Notes under the pieces: model-generated
Told to the model about the DNA's origin: nothing
The model's input: only the letters and a program-made list of their open reading frames with translations
Database searches by the model: none
Assembly: GCA_964187785.1 (NCBI GenBank)
Contig: OZ076409.1
Location: 47,430,001 to 47,494,000, forward strand
From: Amphiscolops sp. MND2022
Taxonomy: Eukaryota
Length of the DNA: 64,000 bases
Direction of reading: 5' to 3'
Shown here: positions 59,873 through 64,000 of the stretch, piece by piece
How positions within the stretch are numbered: the first letter of the stretch is position 1
Layout of the letters: each line of letters begins with the position of its first letter
Translations under genes and position numbers: made by a program

Positions 59873-61198
59873 GATTCTCCCAGTCTCCAAAGGGGGCATA
59901 GGCATTGCATCGGCTTCCCAGATTGCTCTTCCTGCTTTTTTAGCTTCAGCATCGGGTGCCAAACGTGCTTTGTCGTGTATCCTCCCGGAAGACTATGTTG
60001 ATGCATCGTTTGAAAAGGCTCTGGATTTATGGTTGGCGAGGGCGAACCTGACAGAAGCACCGTCGGACTCCATTCAAAAACATTGGACCTCTCCTCTGAG
60101 CGATGCTACTTTTGATCAACTTATTACAGACCTTGATGCGGAAATTGTCAAAAGGCTGAATGCTTATCAGGACCCCTTTGGTTCAGCTTGGCTGAATGTT
60201 GTACCAAGCAAAAACCTCGGTCTGAAGTTGACAGATCAGCAACTGCGCATCTCCTTATCCCTCCGCCTGGGTTCGAAAATTTGCGAAAAACACACTTGCC
60301 GCTGCGGTAAACTTGTCGAAGAGAACGGACATCATGGTCTTCCCTGTGCCAGAAGCGCGGGACGTTTCTCGAGGCACCACAACCTCAATACTCTCGTGAA
60401 ACAGGCGCTGAGTTCCATCAAAATTCCCTCAATTTTGGAACCATATGGTCTGACCCGAACAGATGGGAAGCGCCCAGATGGAATTACCCTAGCGCCCTGG
60501 GAGGAATGCAAGCAATTAGTCTGGGATGTTACTTGTGTCGATCTTCTTGCCCCCAGTAGAATAGAGAACGGGTCTCTTGCCAACCCAGGCACAGCAGCGG
60601 AGGATGCAGAGGAATTGAAAACGGCTAAGTACGTTTGTTTGACTGACAAAGGATACATCTTCCAACCTTTAGCCTTTGAAATTCAGGGAGGAGTCGGACC
60701 TTCTACGTCTACCTTCTTGAAAAACCTCTGTAAAAAGTTGTGCGTGTGCAATCAAGAAAATAGAGCCGGGTCCTTTTTCAGGCAGAGACTCTCTCTCGCA
60801 ATCCAGGTAGGCAATGCGGCCAGTGTAGTTGGAACGGTTCGGGACGAAGACCACTTAAGCGAACTTTACTACTTGTAAATCCGCGTTTTAATGTCCGTTT
60901 TGTTTCATTAAGAAATATATGTCTTCTTTGCTTCGTAATCGTTACCAGTTCACATGCCTCTTTGAGTTTCTGAATTGAGGTTCCTCCTGGGTCCTTTGAA
61001 CTCTCTGGTTGCATGATCCTTTCCTTATTTTTTTAATGTTTCCTATGTTGGTTGAATTTTTTTGTCTGCCGCCCGGGCTGGGGGCACATGATGAATACAG
61101 AAGCGTTTTTTAAGAAACGCTAATTGATGACGACGATCCAATTCTGATTGCCTATCTGACTGATGATGATCTGTTCAAGGATCGAAAAGCTTTTCAAT

Positions 61199-61548
61199 GG
61201 GTGGCTGTAAATAGGTCGAACTTTTCTGGTCGAAAGGACAGAGGTCGAACCTTTTGATTGAATTGCAGGGATCGAATGGAATACGGTCGAATTTTATCGT
61301 ATTTGTTGTATGGCTCGGTCGCTTCGCTCCCTTCGCCAAGTAGCAACATCGAGGCATGGCCATATGGCACGTCGCTCCGCTTCGCTTCGCTCCTGCATTC
61401 AGGGCACTAGGGGTATGTTAACATATCTGACTACGTTATAAAAATTTCGATATGAGTTGTTTCGATCCCAATCAAAAAACTTGGTATGTCGACCTGAGGA
61501 CTAACTCTGATTTTCGATCCCGTTCCTTCGACCTACTTCCGCCCACCC
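61199..61548 (-). mobile_element. 350-bp MULE-like MITE, copy 2 (inverted)
   Basis: TSD CTTTTCAAT at 61190-61198 and 61549-61557; near-identical to 59159-59508. Confidence 0.85.
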
Positions 61549-61598
61549 CTTTTCAATATTGCATTGTCTTTTCTATTTCTCAACTTTTCTTGATTGTT

Positions 61599-61798
61599 NN
61601 NNNNNNNNNNNNNNNNNNNNNNNNNNNNNNNNNNNNNNNNNNNNNNNNNNNNNNNNNNNNNNNNNNNNNNNNNNNNNNNNNNNNNNNNNNNNNNNNNNNN
61701 NNNNNNNNNNNNNNNNNNNNNNNNNNNNNNNNNNNNNNNNNNNNNNNNNNNNNNNNNNNNNNNNNNNNNNNNNNNNNNNNNNNNNNNNNNNNNNNNNN
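61599..61798. other. Assembly gap (200 N)
   Basis: Run of N. Confidence 0.99.
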
Positions 61799-61826
61799 TT
61801 TCTAACGACCACACATGGTCACTTTA

Positions 61827-62413
61827 CACCTTTTGTAATTCAAATAGAACATTGTGAACATTCGAATAGAACAATTGGAGATTCAAATTGAACACATAAA
61901 AAATCCATGCCTAGCGGAAGTTCAAATAGAACAGCGGAAATTCAAATTGAACATCCGTCTTTATTGAGGTTTGAAACTGTGACAAGGGGGTTTTCTTCCA
62001 ATATTTCGACAATAAAATCCAGCATGGAACTATCAACTTTTTTGTAAGTTTTTCCGCCCCGCTTTTCCTCCACAGCCTCTCTTCGCACAATATTGTACGC
62101 TGTTGTCCTGTTTATATTCAGCTGCGTTGCTAAATTCAAGAAATCACCTTCATTTCGGTAAACTTCTCTAAGTCTTTCTTCATCAAGACGAGAAATTGTG
62201 TTGTAGGTTTGACGAGGCATTGAAAAATTTGATAAAATAAACGTATCTATGTAGAATAAAATAGGAGAGAAACGATTAAAAACGGATGTTCAATTTGAAT
62301 TTCCGCAGTTCTTTTTGAACTTCCGCTAGGCATGGATTTTTTATGTGTTCAATTTGAATCTCCAATTGTTCTATTCGAATGTTCAGAATGTTCTATTTGA
62401 ATTACAAAAGGTG
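61827..62413 (-). mobile_element. Internally deleted Tc1/mariner-IS630 transposon (TA TSD, ~128-bp TIRs) retaining the transposase HTH N-terminus
   Basis: TA|CACCTTTTGTAATTCAAATAGAAC ... GTTCTATTTGAATTACAAAAGGTG|TA; ORF 61942-62220 LATQLNINRTTAYNIVRR..RGG..EENP. Confidence 0.8.
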
Positions 62414-63321
62414 TAATACCGATCTATAAATAACCGTATTACGTCACGTTAGAGTGGTCCTCTCTAAAGAACTATGACCCGCAATTTCTTGCTGATCACG
62501 ATCAAAGGAGTATAAATGGTAGACACCCTTAACGTGTAGGATCACCAGTAGGATCACTTGTTTTTGTTCTTTTACCAGTTTGATACGACGTTTTAAATTC
62601 AAAAGAATGACTACTGAAACTGTTGCAATTTCATACAATTCTCTAATATAATCTTTACACAGTGTTTATTTTTTATGAAGTCTTCAACTAGGAGACAAAA
62701 GGCAAAGCATAAACGTTCAAGACAATCGAACGTTATGTCAGACTGAGAAAATTCGAATGTTTTGCTGGGGAATTCCGTCATACGGGTTGGTCCATCAACT
62801 TTTATTATTTTTCGAAAATACAGAGTAAATTATCCGGAAATCTTCATTATCGATGAATTAAAAGAGTCCATATCTCTTGAATGAAAGTTAACATGAGAAT
62901 CTGTTCCCAACAAACGTTGAACATTTCGATTAGCGACAGAAAAATTTTTGATTATTGAAACCTTTTCGTTCCTTGGGGACAAAATTTTTCAATGTTCGTT
63001 CACTGGTTAAGAGTTAAAAGTTCAATTTCTGGCGCCAACAGTTGGTTTTTATTTTTTTTTTGAAAACAATCCGAACGAACGTGGGCAAAGAAATCACCAA
63101 GGCTGGAAACGGGTTACACTCAGTATTACAATACAGTCAAACATTTAACAAATTGAAAGGCTCGAAACATGATTGGCTAAAAGTTTTAGAAAGATTTGGT
63201 TTACACAATTCACTAAAAATGATTTGTGCCCACTTCGAAATGAGCAAGCAACAAACAAAACTTCTTTTAATTCCAGAAACAAGTTTTCAAGAAATAAATA
63301 AGAGATAAATAGGTTTTAAGC

Positions 63322-63830
63322 TTAACTATGATATAAATTTCTTCGAACGCATCCCTTTCGCTCACAGTTCCTAGAACAAGGCTGGACTGCCGATCTGACA
63401 GTCATTGAGATATGTTGCTTCAAAAAACTGCCAGCTCGTTGATCGTCGTGCGAAGGACAGAGCATTTTACAGAGACGCTTGATGAAATTTTCATTGCTCT
63501 CGCCTAGCGAGATCTGTACTTCCAAGACCACCAGTTGAAACAATTTTCCATTGTCTATCAATTCGCATTTTTACGTGCTTCAGCCTCAGTGCTCGTGGTT
63601 CCCGGATTGCATAAGGTAGCTTGAATCAAGGGACTGAGTGCAAGAAGTTCCACAACCGTGACATCCCACACCAAATGTTTAACTATTTACCAAGGAATCA
63701 TAGTAACACCGTTTGGGTGTGTGCTATCAGTTCGGTACAATCCACGCGGCTCGAGCACTGAGAGCAATGAAGGCAAGTCCAGAGATCACAACGTCTGCTT
63801 CATGAGATAACTGAGAGTAGAATGATGTGA
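63322..63830 (-). mobile_element. Third, degenerate CRE-type RLE-domain fragment
   Basis: LEPRGLYRTD..GVTMIPW..LVWDVTV and ..QRAGSFLKQHIS, parallel to the 60400-60800 region. Confidence 0.7.
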
Positions 63831-64000
63831 GCAGCGATGTGCAATGAAGACCGTTTAAACCCTCTGTTCAACTATCTTACGAGTGGCACATATGCGCAGC
63901 ACAGGTGTTGGCTCAATGGCAACTCACTAAATTATCTAGACACTAAAGCAAAGATTTAGAGCTGACAGGATTCGAAGCTATTCTTCCAAGTCGCGGCCTG

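Larger units (their letters stand above)
58650..60878 (+). mobile_element. Second, 5'-truncated CRE-clade retrotransposon interrupted by two insertions
   Basis: QQGDP, WYLDDG, ILGSPMG, PKLLYFLRTSP, LPVSKGGIG, AWLNVVP, CRCG..HGLPC, RHHNLN, KRPDG..WDVT, PLAFE..GGVG. Confidence 0.9.

Noticed and set aside
61452-61891. ORFs spanning poly-X
   Set aside because: Artefacts of translating through the 200-N gap.

Overview
AT-rich, repeat-dense invertebrate (metazoan) genomic DNA with spliceosomal introns; species not determinable from sequence alone. Two host genes: a Delta-type Notch ligand (+, last four coding exons 2205-7454) and the NMD factor UPF2 (-, about 39 kb, 58199 to 18957). The dominant feature is a full-length 14,099-bp Polinton/Maverick (adintovirus-like) element (20590-34688; AGTAGT termini, ~196-bp TIRs, GATATT target-site duplication) inside one UPF2 intron, 27 nt from the 3' splice site. 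It encodes a zinc-finger-fused pPolB, adenain protease, major and minor capsids, a pVII-like core protein, an RVE integrase with an N-terminal PHD finger, a packaging ATPase, a PLA2-like protein and ORFans; most core genes carry frameshifts or stops. pPolB and the downstream acidic ORF appear to contain GT-AG introns that restore the reading frame. UPF2 intron 1 holds a CRE-type (RLE) non-LTR retrotransposon preceded by an SGNH-esterase ORF and starting with a PHD finger resembling that of the Polinton integrase. Upstream of UPF2, a second CRE-type element is interrupted by a 9-bp-TSD MITE and by a near-perfect hairpin insertion carrying a hammerhead-like core (Penelope-like). BEL/Pao, CR1-like and Tc1/mariner remnants, Helentron-like dispersed repeats, several MITEs and a 200-N assembly gap are also present. 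All homology calls are by motif recognition; no database searches were run.
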